The notes under the pieces were generated by a model that did not search any database, was not told the origin of the DNA, and saw only the letters and a program-made list of their open reading frames with translations. A stretch of 49,612 bases of DNA from an uncultured Desulfobulbia bacterium (GTDB lineage: Bacteria; Desulfobacterota; Desulfobulbia; Desulfobulbales; S012-135). Position 1 is the stretch's first letter, and every line of letters starts with the position of its first letter. Positions 25,790 through 35,200 of the stretch are shown piece by piece. The stretch is taken from positions 1 through 49,612 of the forward strand of contig CAYRGZ010000002.1 in the NCBI GenBank assembly GCA_964423785.1, in the 5' to 3' direction. Made by a program: the position numbers and the translations under genes.

Positions 25790-27915
25790 GGCCGCATGTC
25801 CTCCAGATGCCGGCGAGTGTGATCCACACTGCCGAAGAGGTCCATGGGATAGAGCATGGACGGCTGGCTCACCAGGGCCCCCTGGTCCCGGGTGAAGCTG
25901 GTGAACTCGTAGCGCAGGTGACCGCGGATGTCCCGGTCGACGAAGAGGGAGAGGGGAATCCGGATATAGACTCCTTTTTCGGCCACGCCGCGGTTTTTCG
26001 GATCGGAGAACACGTCGGTGTCGGTGGCCGTGTACCAGCCGCCGATGGTGAAGTAGCGGTACGATCGTCGCAATTCCAGCCGCACGCCGGTATCGCCGCC
26101 CAGGAAGCGACCGATCTTGAGGCCGCCCTCCAGGCCGAGATCCGGCCAGAGCTGGGCGTAGAGGTTCAGAAAGGAGGTGGCATAGGTTTTCGTTATGCGG
26201 GGATGCAGGCGGAAATCGTTTTCCGGATCGCGTTTGCGCACTATCTCGCTTTCCACGCCGATGCCGAACCGCCCCTCCTGGAAGAAGCGGAACAGTTCTC
26301 CCCCCACGCCGGCATAGGCATTCTCGAAGTAGCCGGCCGCGCACCGGCCCAGCACGTTGCCCGGCAACTCGACGTACTGCTCGAGGGCGAGGACCGACAG
26401 CCGGGTGAAGGAGTGGCGCTCGAAGTCGAGCAGGTCGGTGCGGGTTGGTTGCGGCTCGTTGGTTCCGTAGTCCACGGTGTCCCACTCGTTGTAGAACGGG
26501 ATCTCGATGCCCACGTGGATGGTGGCGTCGCGCCAGGGATGAATCTTGAGCCGCGGTTCCAGCAGGGCCTTGAACTTGAAGAACCCCCGGCGGTTGTTGA
26601 GAAAGGTCCTGACCCGCGGATTGAGTTCGAAGCTGAACCAGTTTTTGCGGGGACGCCACGGCCGTGGCGTCCCCGGTTTTTCGAAAAATTCCTGGTAATG
26701 CAGCGTACCGTATGGTTCCAGCTCGGCAAAGGTGAGGAACCCTTGTTTGTCCAGCCGGCTGTCCAGGAAGGCGCGCAGGTTTTCCCGGCTCGTCTTCAGG
26801 CTCTGGCTGATCTGGCCGCGGCGGGTGAGGTTGATGTAAAAGGTGGTGATGGTCGGCGGGCAGATTTCGTCGGCAATGGTCGCCAGCCGGCCCATGGCCT
26901 TGGCGTCGGAGAGGTAGCGGGTATTGGCCGCCTCCAACCAGAGGGCGTCGTCGCGTACCGATACCGCCACTTGGGAGAACCCGTCGGCCTTCACGTTTTC
27001 GCCGACCAGTTCGGCGAGTTTGCGGTCATCCGCCTCGACGGCCTGCCAGCGGGTCTGCTCGTCGGCCCGGTACGGCTCTTCCTTCTTCCAGACCAACAGC
27101 CCTTCCGGGGAAAGCGGCATGTCGGCCGAAAGGCCAATGGCCACCTCCTGGCCGCGCATCCAGCCGCCCTGCAGGGTGAGATGCGGCCAGGGTCGGTACT
27201 TGAAGCCGATGTTGATCGGTGAATCCGCCTTTTCCGGCGCGCCGAAGAGGGACTCGTAGCGCAGAGAGGAGTATTCGGCGGTCAGGGTGAGTTTGGGGGA
27301 ATGGTGATATTCCACTCCGCCGAACACCCGGGTGGGCCGCAGCGGCGAGGAGCGCAGGAAGGTGGTGTCGAAGGCTTCGGGCGTGTCGGCGTTTTCCCGT
27401 TCCGCCTGGATTTCCCGGTAGCCCTGGCCGCCGAGAATGCCCTGGCCGAGACCGAGGGTGAGGTCGAAATTCCGCCAGTGCTTCGAGGCCACGAGGTAGC
27501 GGGAGGGGAAGAGCAGGGTACCGATGGGGTCGTAGGCCCCCACCGCCACCTGGGGAAACCAGGTCCGTTCCTTCCAGAGCACGAGACGGGCGCCGGCGGA
27601 CCGGTCCTTGTAGTACCCGTAGTCGTAGCCGGGAAAGGCGATGAGGGTGGAGATCTCAGTGAACTGGCCGTGGATTTCGAGGATGTCGAACAGGCCGAGG
27701 GCAACCCCGTAGTAGCGGTAGGGCTCGGCTCGCCCGTACTTGATCCGGACGCTCCAGTCCGGCAGAACCCGGGCGGTGGGCATGTCCCACAGGCCGGTAG
27801 CGGCCTGCAGGCCGGCCAGGGCCGGCGGAGGTGGATCGCCGATTTCCGCGGCCGGCAGGGTTTGGCCGGCGAGCAGGAGCAGGACGAGGAGGGGGAGGAT
27901 GAGGTGCCGCATCAC
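25786..27915 (-). CDS. YjbH-family outer-membrane exopolysaccharide production protein
   Basis: 709 aa with a signal peptide (MMRHLILPLLVLLLLAGQTLPA). The segments GLWDMPTARV...YRYYGVALGLF...LVLWKERTWFPQVAVGAYDPIGTLLFPSRYLVASKHWRNFDLTLGLGQG closely parallel the E. coli YjbH N-terminal region (recalled from memory). Confidence 0.85.
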   Translation of the reverse strand: MMRHLILPLLVLLLLAGQTLPAAEIGDPPPPALAGLQAATGLWDMPTARVLPDWSVRIKYGRAEPYRYYGVALGLFDILEIHGQFTEISTLIAFPGYDYGYYKDRSAGARLVLWKERTWFPQVAVGAYDPIGTLLFPSRYLVASKHWRNFDLTLGLGQGILGGQGYREIQAERENADTPEAFDTTFLRSSPLRPTRVFGGVEYHHSPKLTLTAEYSSLRYESLFGAPEKADSPINIGFKYRPWPHLTLQGGWMRGQEVAIGLSADMPLSPEGLLVWKKEEPYRADEQTRWQAVEADDRKLAELVGENVKADGFSQVAVSVRDDALWLEAANTRYLSDAKAMGRLATIADEICPPTITTFYINLTRRGQISQSLKTSRENLRAFLDSRLDKQGFLTFAELEPYGTLHYQEFFEKPGTPRPWRPRKNWFSFELNPRVRTFLNNRRGFFKFKALLEPRLKIHPWRDATIHVGIEIPFYNEWDTVDYGTNEPQPTRTDLLDFERHSFTRLSVLALEQYVELPGNVLGRCAAGYFENAYAGVGGELFRFFQEGRFGIGVESEIVRKRDPENDFRLHPRITKTYATSFLNLYAQLWPDLGLEGGLKIGRFLGGDTGVRLELRRSYRYFTIGGWYTATDTDVFSDPKNRGVAEKGVYIRIPLSLFVDRDIRGHLRYEFTSFTRDQGALVSQPSMLYPMDLFGSVDHTRRHLEDMRP

Positions 27916-27930
27916 GCCTCCCCTGGATGG

Positions 27931-28962
27931 TCACCCATCGCTTTCGGCCGCCTCATCGTGCCGCTGGCGGGCGTTTTGTACGGCATGGTGGGCGAAGACG
28001 AGAAAAACGGCGAGAAAGAGGCTTGTCACCATGGTGAGGGCCACGATGAGGGACCGCTTCGGTTTGTACTTCCTCTCGGGTACGAAGGGCGGGTCGAGGA
28101 CCTTGAAGGTGATGTTCTCCCGGGCCTCGGAGATCTTGGCCAACTCGAGCTGCTTGCGCAGCTCGGTGTACACGGTTTGGGCCGCCAGCCGCTCCCGGGT
28201 GATCTTGGCCAAGGTGAGTTCCTCGCTCGGCACCTGCCGTTCCCAGTACTCCAGCTCGGCGGTGGCCTTGGCGAGTTGCTTCTCGACGAATTCCCGTTCG
28301 CGTCGGGCGTCAGTGACGTACTCGTTTTCCAGGAAGAACTGGAGTTCATCGATGACGTGCTGCAGCATCTCGGCGCAAAAAGCCGGATCTTCCCCCTCCC
28401 AGGCGATGGTCACGAGGTCGGTTTTCTTATCCTGTGACACCGAAAAGAGATTGTCGAGGACCTTCGATTGCAGGGCCTTGACCACGGTAGGCGCGTCGGC
28501 AGGGTCCTCCACCGTCCAGGTCTTGCGGTTCGGGTCCCAGATGTCCGGGTAGAGGACCGGCAGAAGATTGTACTTCTTGATCAGCCGTTCCTTCAGGGTG
28601 CGGCTGTTCAGAAAGTTCGTGATGCCGGACCCGCCGCCCGGCAAGGAGATGGGCAGGGGCAGGCTGCCCACCAAGCCGGAGAGGGCCCCGAGACCGGATT
28701 GTTCCTTTTGCACCGGCGCCAGGACCGCCTCGGAGCGGTAGATCACCGGCAGGACGTAGAGGGAGACCAGCACGGCGGCCGCGGTGGCCAGGAAGGTGAC
28801 GCCGGCGATGAACCAGCGGCCGGACCAGATCACCCGCCAGAGATCCAGGAGGTCGATTTCGTCTTCCTCGTAGGGCGGCCCGAAGGCGGGTTGCAGGTAG
28901 ACTATCTCCTTGCGCTGGTCGGTGGCTGGCGGTTCGTTTCCCATGGTGCGATCGGTGTTCAT
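27931..28962 (-). CDS. Wzz-type polysaccharide chain-length determinant (PCP family, no kinase domain)
   Basis: 343 aa. IDLLDLWRVIWSGRWFIAGVTFLATAAAVLVSLYVLPVIYRSEAVL is the typical Wzz N-terminal TM segment. A coiled-coil periplasmic region and a C-terminal TM helix (SLIVALTMVTSLFLAVFLVF) follow. Confidence 0.8.
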   Translation of the reverse strand: MNTDRTMGNEPPATDQRKEIVYLQPAFGPPYEEDEIDLLDLWRVIWSGRWFIAGVTFLATAAAVLVSLYVLPVIYRSEAVLAPVQKEQSGLGALSGLVGSLPLPISLPGGGSGITNFLNSRTLKERLIKKYNLLPVLYPDIWDPNRKTWTVEDPADAPTVVKALQSKVLDNLFSVSQDKKTDLVTIAWEGEDPAFCAEMLQHVIDELQFFLENEYVTDARREREFVEKQLAKATAELEYWERQVPSEELTLAKITRERLAAQTVYTELRKQLELAKISEARENITFKVLDPPFVPERKYKPKRSLIVALTMVTSLFLAVFLVFAHHAVQNARQRHDEAAESDG

Positions 28963-28975
28963 CCGTGCAGGCGGT

Positions 28976-31507
28976 TCATAGCGCCATGGCCACCCCGGCA
29001 GTGGTGGCGATCTTGAACAGGATATCGGCGATGTCCCGGGTGACCAGGAGATAGGGGATCCGTTCCAGTTTTTCCGGTACCACCACGGTGTCGCCGGGCA
29101 TGAGGCGCATACTGAAAAAGGTCGAGGAGAATATGCCTTCCTGGGTGCGGGCCGCCACCTCGCCGTTGGCCTTCAGCACGTAGATGTACTTCTTGTCGGC
29201 GTTGCGGGTGGGCCCGCCGGCCCGTTCGAGATAGTCGGCCACGGTGAGGTGCGGCTGATAGAGAAAGGAATTCGGCGTGTAGACCGCTCCCACCACGGAG
29301 ACGAACTCCGGCCGTTTGGGAATCACCAGACGATCCCCGTCTTGCAGCACGATATTCTGGTCCGAGTTGCGTAAGGACTCGAGATCGGCGATGTGGAGCG
29401 CCACCCGGCCGCTCGCCTTGATGGTCCGTAGCCGTTCCACCAGCCGTCGTAGGGCGTTCTGGCCGGCAGCCAACGTTGCGGCATCCTGCTGGCTGGAGAC
29501 GGTCTGCACCTGGTCGGCGAGTACGGTCTCGGCCCGGATCTGGAGGTCGTCGATCAACTGGTCGAGGCTCTGCTGCTGAATCTTCTGGGCCGTGGTCGAG
29601 AAGTACCGTACTCCGTAGAAATAGGCTTCGTCCGTGAAACCGCCGGCCCGCTCGATAAGGTCGGCCAGCCGTTCGCCCTTCTTGATCCGGTAGGTGCCAG
29701 GATAGAGGACCTCGCCCTCGATGGTCACCTGGTTGAAGCTGGTGGCGTCTTTGACCTGGCGGACGAAGAGGTAGTCGTATGGCTGCAGGACGAAGTCTTT
29801 GTCCTTTGTCGCGTTGATTCGGTAGTGGGTGGTGATCACCTCTTTGTTCTCAATCGTCTGGCGGCTCAGATCGATGCGGGAGGCGTCGGCGCCGAACCGC
29901 AGGCCGCCGGCCAGGGACAGGAGTCCTTCCACGGTCAGGCCCGGTTGATAGGGGAACGTTCCCGGCCGCCACACAGCCCCCTCGATCCGCACCGGTTCCT
30001 GGATGCCGAATTCACGGCGGGAAAGGATTTGGATGCGGTCGTGGGGTTTGAGTTCCAGGTCGAAGGTGCCGGCGAAAAGTTGCTGCAGGGGAATGGAGCG
30101 GACGCTGTAGCGGGTGGTGACGGGATCGTACCGGTGCAGGTAGGCAAACTCGGTCACCGCGCCCGGTTGCAACAGTTCCGGACTCTTCAGGATGTCGGAA
30201 AGCCGCAGACCTTCCCTCCACGCGAACACGTCCGGAAACCAGACGTGGCCCTCCAGGCGTACGGTCTCCGGCCAGGCGGCGCCGAGGAACTGCAGCTCCA
30301 CCAGATCGCCGTCGGCAATGGTGACGGCGGCGAGCGCGTCCTGTTCGCGGCTGGCATCGATGTCGCGGACGACGAATTCCCGGTGGTCGGCAAAGCGGCG
30401 CAGGTAGATGCGGTCGGCAAAGGCCTGCGGCAGGCGGCCGCCGGCTAGGTCGACGAGGTCCTGGATCGTCTGTTCTCCCGCCAGTTCGTAGATGGCCGGC
30501 CTAGCCACCGCGCCGACGATGGCGGCGGTGGGACCGATGCGGGGCACGAAGATGATGTCGCGGTCGGTGAGCAGCAGATCGTTTTTCTTGGTGCCCCGCA
30601 GGAGCAAGTCGTAGAGGTCCAGGGTGGCGACGGTTTTGTCGCCCCGGATCAGCTGGATGCGGCGTAGCGACCCGGATTTTTTGACCCCGCCGGCATTGAC
30701 GAGGCCGCCGAGGATGGAGGAGAAGGGCGGCACCAGGTGGAGGCCCGGCCGCCGAACCTCGCCCACCACGTAGATTTCCAGGGAGCGCAGTTCGGCCAGC
30801 GAGACGTGGATGTTGATGCCCTGGACATACTTCTCCGCCTCCCGCCGGATGATGGTCTCCGCGTCTCCGAAGCGGCTGCCGGCCAGGGGGACGATGCCGA
30901 TCTTCGGGACGTTGATATTGCCGTTTCTGTCGATGGCGCCGGTGAACTCGGCATCCAGTCCGGCGCCCCACACCCGGATGCGCAGCCGGTCGCCGGGCCC
31001 CAGCATGTAGGAATCGTCGGGTACCGCCAGGCGCGAGGGGGCGGTGCTGCCGGTGGAGAAGATCTCGTAGCCGAATTGGGTGAGGTCGGCGGCCAGCGGA
31101 CTGGCATAATTGCGCCGGTAGATCTGCTCCAGGGAGGAGTATTCCCGGCGGGTGCGTTGCTGGTCGGCGGTCGCCTCCCCAGCGGCGGCTTCTTTTTCCG
31201 GGGCCGCGCTCCCCTCTCCGATGGCTTCACTTTCGGCCGGGGCCGACTCCCCGGTTGATACTGTTTCTTGACCGCCGACTTGTTCCATGATCCGTTGTAC
31301 TTGGGAGGGGGCCATCCCTTCGATGGCTTGTTGGATCTGGGCCGGGGTCATGCCGCTGACGGTTCGTTGCCCCTGGGTCGAAACCAGGTTCTGGATGGCC
31401 TGCGGCGTCAGGGCCGGGGCGGCGGGTTCCTGGGCTGCTGTCCGGCCGACCCCGACCAGGGCGGCGAGACAGAGGAAGAAAGCAAAGAAGATGGTGTGGC
31501 GCATCAT
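28976..31507 (-). CDS. Polysaccharide export protein (Wza/Poly_export domain plus multiple SLBB repeats)
   Basis: 843 aa with a signal peptide (MMRHTIFFAFFLCLAALVGVGRTAAQ). It has the Poly_export-like motif LGPGDRLRIRVWG and repeated SLBB-type blocks (IYVVGEVRRPGLH, IEGAVWRPGTFPY, IEGEVLYPGTYRI, VSVVGAVYTPNSF). Confidence 0.85.
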   Translation of the reverse strand: MMRHTIFFAFFLCLAALVGVGRTAAQEPAAPALTPQAIQNLVSTQGQRTVSGMTPAQIQQAIEGMAPSQVQRIMEQVGGQETVSTGESAPAESEAIGEGSAAPEKEAAAGEATADQQRTRREYSSLEQIYRRNYASPLAADLTQFGYEIFSTGSTAPSRLAVPDDSYMLGPGDRLRIRVWGAGLDAEFTGAIDRNGNINVPKIGIVPLAGSRFGDAETIIRREAEKYVQGINIHVSLAELRSLEIYVVGEVRRPGLHLVPPFSSILGGLVNAGGVKKSGSLRRIQLIRGDKTVATLDLYDLLLRGTKKNDLLLTDRDIIFVPRIGPTAAIVGAVARPAIYELAGEQTIQDLVDLAGGRLPQAFADRIYLRRFADHREFVVRDIDASREQDALAAVTIADGDLVELQFLGAAWPETVRLEGHVWFPDVFAWREGLRLSDILKSPELLQPGAVTEFAYLHRYDPVTTRYSVRSIPLQQLFAGTFDLELKPHDRIQILSRREFGIQEPVRIEGAVWRPGTFPYQPGLTVEGLLSLAGGLRFGADASRIDLSRQTIENKEVITTHYRINATKDKDFVLQPYDYLFVRQVKDATSFNQVTIEGEVLYPGTYRIKKGERLADLIERAGGFTDEAYFYGVRYFSTTAQKIQQQSLDQLIDDLQIRAETVLADQVQTVSSQQDAATLAAGQNALRRLVERLRTIKASGRVALHIADLESLRNSDQNIVLQDGDRLVIPKRPEFVSVVGAVYTPNSFLYQPHLTVADYLERAGGPTRNADKKYIYVLKANGEVAARTQEGIFSSTFFSMRLMPGDTVVVPEKLERIPYLLVTRDIADILFKIATTAGVAMAL

Positions 31508-31716
31508 GGTGTGCCGGTCTCGCGGGAAATTATATGATCAGGGTTGGTGGCTGATACGGAGGAAGAACCCGTGGCACGGTACAGTATTTTTTTGGTGATG
31601 ACAAGATGATAAATGAAAAAGGATGAAGCCGTGCCAACTCGTGGTCGGTCCTGGCCTGACCGGGTATGCAATGGGTCGCAAACCGTGAACTCGATGGACT
31701 CGCACCAGCGATTCCA

Positions 31717-31754
31717 TCAAAAAAGGGGATTGCGGCGTGATGCCGAATCCCCTT
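31717..31754 (-). terminator. Rho-independent terminator immediately downstream of the tRNA-Arg 3' end
   Basis: On the minus strand this reads AAGGGGATT-(14-nt loop)-AATCCCCTT followed by TTTTTTGA. On the plus strand the stem arms are at 31723-31731 and 31746-31754. It lies about 14 nt after the tRNA CCA end. Confidence 0.6.
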
Positions 31755-31767
31755 GTGCGAGTTGTAC

Positions 31768-31818
31768 TGGTGGGCGGTACAGGATTCGAACCTGTGGCCT
31801 TTGGCTCCGGAGGCCAAC
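31768..31818 (-). tRNA. Truncated tRNA-Arg(CCG): 3' portion only (anticodon arm, variable loop, T-arm, acceptor 3' strand, CCA); probable island att-site remnant
   Basis: The minus strand reads G-TTGGC-CTCCGGA-GCCAA-AGGCC-ACAGG-TTCGAAT-CCTGT-ACCGCCC-A-CCA. The T-arm and T-loop are canonical, and the 7-nt anticodon loop CU-CCG-GA gives Arg. The sequence 5' of it (31819-31850) cannot form a D-stem (no GUYY to pair with GGAC), and a 5' acceptor strand GGGCGGT is absent. Confidence 0.6.
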
Positions 31819-32254
31819 GTCCTACATTCCCTTAAGGGATCTCGGTGGCCTCGAATATGCCTTAATCTGTTGTATTTGTTTGAAGTTTTCGAGCATCCCT
31901 TCCGCGCTTCGTGTCAAATAAGGTCACTTTGGGGTGCGCAAAATGGGCGCGAAATGAGACACGAAAATCGATCGCTAGCCGACCTTTTTTGGCCGACGAG
32001 CTGATACTTACCCTTTCCTCTGGCGTCTGTCAAGCTAAGCGTCATGTAACTCCACCTTGCAGGCGGATGGTGGAGATGTATCCGGTTGTCGATGTTGTCC
32101 GCCGATGTTGGGGATATCCCAGGGTCGGCAGGCTGGTCGTCGGGTTGTGGAGGCAAAGGTCTGGCATTTGGCCAGGGCTCGAAGGAGTCGAGCAGTTCCG
32201 GTTCGAGGTTCCAGGGTAGCAGGTCTGTCAACACCGACGGGGTTTGACCGATAA

Positions 32255-35200
32255 TCAGGCTTGCCGCACATACCATGAGGTAGCATGAGACCGGCTCATT
32301 GCCTTGATCGCGATCTGTGTTTTCAGCAGACATTCAGCCTGGTGTTCAGCACGTTGATGAAATGGAAATGGAGCGCTTCCCCCATCGATTCCCCAATAGC
32401 CCACGCCCTGGTCCAATCGGATCTCATATCCTGTGCCATCCGGCCATGACAGGGTCAAGACGCGCGCATGAGGCAAATCCCTTCTGCTTAGGGCATCGTC
32501 AAAGATGAAATCCAGGCACCAGTCGAACAAGATATTGTAGACTTGCCGGCGGATGCGATTGTTTTGCCAATTGTGGTAAAGATATGTTGTCGGCCTCGAT
32601 GTATTCGAATGCAGATTTGCCGTGGTGACGCGGACTTTTGTGGCATCCACGATACCTCCTGAAAATGTTTTCAGTGCCTTGAGCAGGTTGCGTAACAGGA
32701 GCGCCATTAGTGGAGAACACAGATAACGATCGCTATAGGCAACCTCTGATAACGGAACCTCGACTGTCAGCTTCCTTTTCAAGCCTTCGTCTTTCGAGAG
32801 CAGCAACGACCACGCCTTGGTGCCGAAGTCATCGAGATTTCCGTCCATCTCATGACCGATTTCAATGGTCATGGTATCCCGATCGACTTTTCCGAGATCC
32901 ACCACCTTTCTGATACTCCAGACGTCAGGCACGGCCTCTAGTGCTCTGTCCTCCCGTATCCGCACGAATTGCCCTTCACCGCTCCCCGTCCCCCACTCTT
33001 GTCCAGGAACCAATGTCTCCTCTCTGCTTGCGGCCCACCGCACCGAGGCCCTTTCGCTGCCGATTTCCACGGCCCGATACATCTTGGCCTTTCCCTCCGT
33101 GAGGACCGGTGCGCTCTTGGGGCAATAGACATGGGGAACTCCGACCATGGTCGATAGGGCGATCAATTCGTCGAGCTGGGAAGGTTCCAGCCTGTCCAGA
33201 GTCTCTTCCGGAATCACCATATCGATTTTCACGCCGGCTTGGTTGAGGGAACGTAGTTCATCGACCAGACGCCAGCTGATGGGCTCCCACAACCTTGGAT
33301 CACCGGCCAGAAAGATCCGCACCTCGTGAGCAGAAATCTTCTGGTATTCACGCCGCAAGGCAAGAGCGAGTGGTTCCATTTCCAATCGCGTCTCTGGGCC
33401 AAAAACCTGCAGGGATTGCGGCAGGCCCCAGAGAGCCATGAACCGATCGTCCACCAGTTTCAAGGCATGGTTTCGGTCCAGTTTGTCGATGTGATACTGG
33501 GTTCCGTAGGTCAGCAGACAGGCCTGACAGGCGCTGTCGCAATTGCGGGGGCAGGCAAGATTGTCGCGCACCCGCTCGAACAGCTCCGGCAGCAGATGTA
33601 TTGCCTGGGACACATAACCTGCTCCTCCCGAGGCCGTGTCATGCAAATAGAGAGAATGGATGGAATGCCCGTCCCTATCGAGAACCGGAGCAACCGTGAC
33701 CCCGATTTCCCGCTCGACGATCCCCAGCTTTTCCGCCAAGGCGCGCCGCAAGGCAACGCCAATTGTATATGCGGCAGTCTCGTCCACAGGCTGCCCTGTC
33801 ACGCTGTACAGTTGCAGCTCGAACACCTCTGTCCTTCTGCTGACACCCAGTCTCAGGTCACGCTTGATGGCCCAAGGCTCGTGACTTCCTGGACAGTCCT
33901 GTTCACCGCCAGGCACCGTTTTTCCTCCACGCAGCGGTTTATGGGGCTTGGGCTCTCCCTGGGCATCAGTAAAGATCCGGGGTAGCTCCCCGGAAGGTGT
34001 CATGGAATCAGCCCGGCCACAGCGTAGGCACAGGGCGTAGCCGTTGCCATACAGGCCATCGGTACGATGAATGATCATCGCCTCGCTGCTGACCCGGCAG
34101 CGGCCAAGAGCAACGGACGGTAGGGTCACCCACTCTGCATTTCCCATGGAAACGAGGGGATCCACCACCGGGATGTATTGGGGAACATCGATTCTGTTAT
34201 GAGGCTCGTGTCTGATGTCGACCGCGAAACCGGACGGCTGTAGGTATTCGTAACTCTTTATGTGATTCTGCTTCCCATTGCCGCAATACTGGCAGATGGC
34301 TGGCCTGACCGGCGAATCGCCCACTGCGCCGCAGACGAGGCACCGCCATATCCAGCGAAAGGATTGCAGCTCCGGGGGGCCTTCCTGGTCAGCCGGGATA
34401 TGCCAGTTCAGGGTAACCCCGCCACAACGATAGACCCGTCCGTTCAGCACCGTGTCCGTGCCCGGCGCATAGTCTCTGATGGCAATGGCGACATCCCTGG
34501 CCGGATACCCGGCCCGCATCATACGGTTATCCTCTCTGCTTTTGCTTTCCCGCCGACGGGAAAGCTCCTCGGCAGTCGTCGTGATCAGGGAGACCACCTC
34601 GCCGGGAAAACCATAACCGGGTAAATATCCCCTGGTCGTCAACTCCGAGAGCAGATACTCCTTGCGGAATCGCTGCAACTGCAACCCAATGGCCCGCTCT
34701 GCAGCGGAATCACCATCAGGAGTCTTTACATTGTCGAGATGTTTCAGCAATGCCCCGACTTCATCCAGCCAGCCTTCGGCGGCGCGCTTCAGCATGGCAG
34801 AGCATTCATCGAGGGTTTCTCTCGCACTGCTTCCCTCGAGACAGGTACGGCGCAGCAAGAGTCTCATTCCGGTGCGGAGACCGTCATGTTCCTCGGCAGG
34901 TCCGGAGCACCAGTCGACGAATCTTCTCCAGGGCGCGCTGATCTCGTCGTCCTGGGACTCGAAGAACCATCCTGCCGTCAGCCGGTGCAGATCGTCGGGA
35001 GCGGATTCACCGAGAAATACGGAGAGCACGAGGGCGTTGACGTGGCGCTGGACGATGTAGCGGCTGTGCAGGGAAACGCGGGGAGCGGCCAGGCGGGCGG
35101 TAAAGGGCCAGAGGGGATTTCGGAAGACCGCCTCTCCATGGGGCGTGCTGTTGCAAAGGGTGTAGCTGAGGGCGCCCGCCTCGCCACGGCGGCCGGCCCG

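Noticed and set aside
25790-26659. Upstream extension of the 576-aa minus-strand ORF (24929-26659)
   Set aside because: This part overlaps the YjbH-like gene in another frame and is Arg/Pro/Gly-rich. A proper signal peptide with lipobox and an ATGA coupling at 25786-25789 support the shorter 286-aa gene.
25768-28552. Long plus-strand ORFs (484 aa at 25768-27222, 378 aa at 27301-28437, 270 aa at 27740-28552)
   Set aside because: They are antisense to the YjbH-like and Wzz-like genes, which have clear family signatures. They have low-complexity Gly/Glu/Val/Pro composition and no start context.
31572-31588. TGGCAC hexamer on the plus strand as a third sigma-54 promoter
   Set aside because: The -12 position reads AGTA rather than TTGC, and no plus-strand gene follows it.
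31768-31850. A complete tRNA gene on the minus strand
   Set aside because: The T-arm, anticodon arm and CCA are fine. However, no D-stem can be formed (nothing pairs with GGAC at tRNA positions 22-25), and the would-be 5' acceptor strand (GGCCACC) pairs with ACCGCCC at only 3 of 7 positions. I therefore call it a 3' fragment.
31914-32333. 139-aa minus-strand ORF between the tRNA fragment and the DruE-like gene
   Set aside because: It overlaps the 3' end of the DruE-like gene, has no SD or recognisable motif, and is most likely non-coding junction DNA or a decayed remnant.
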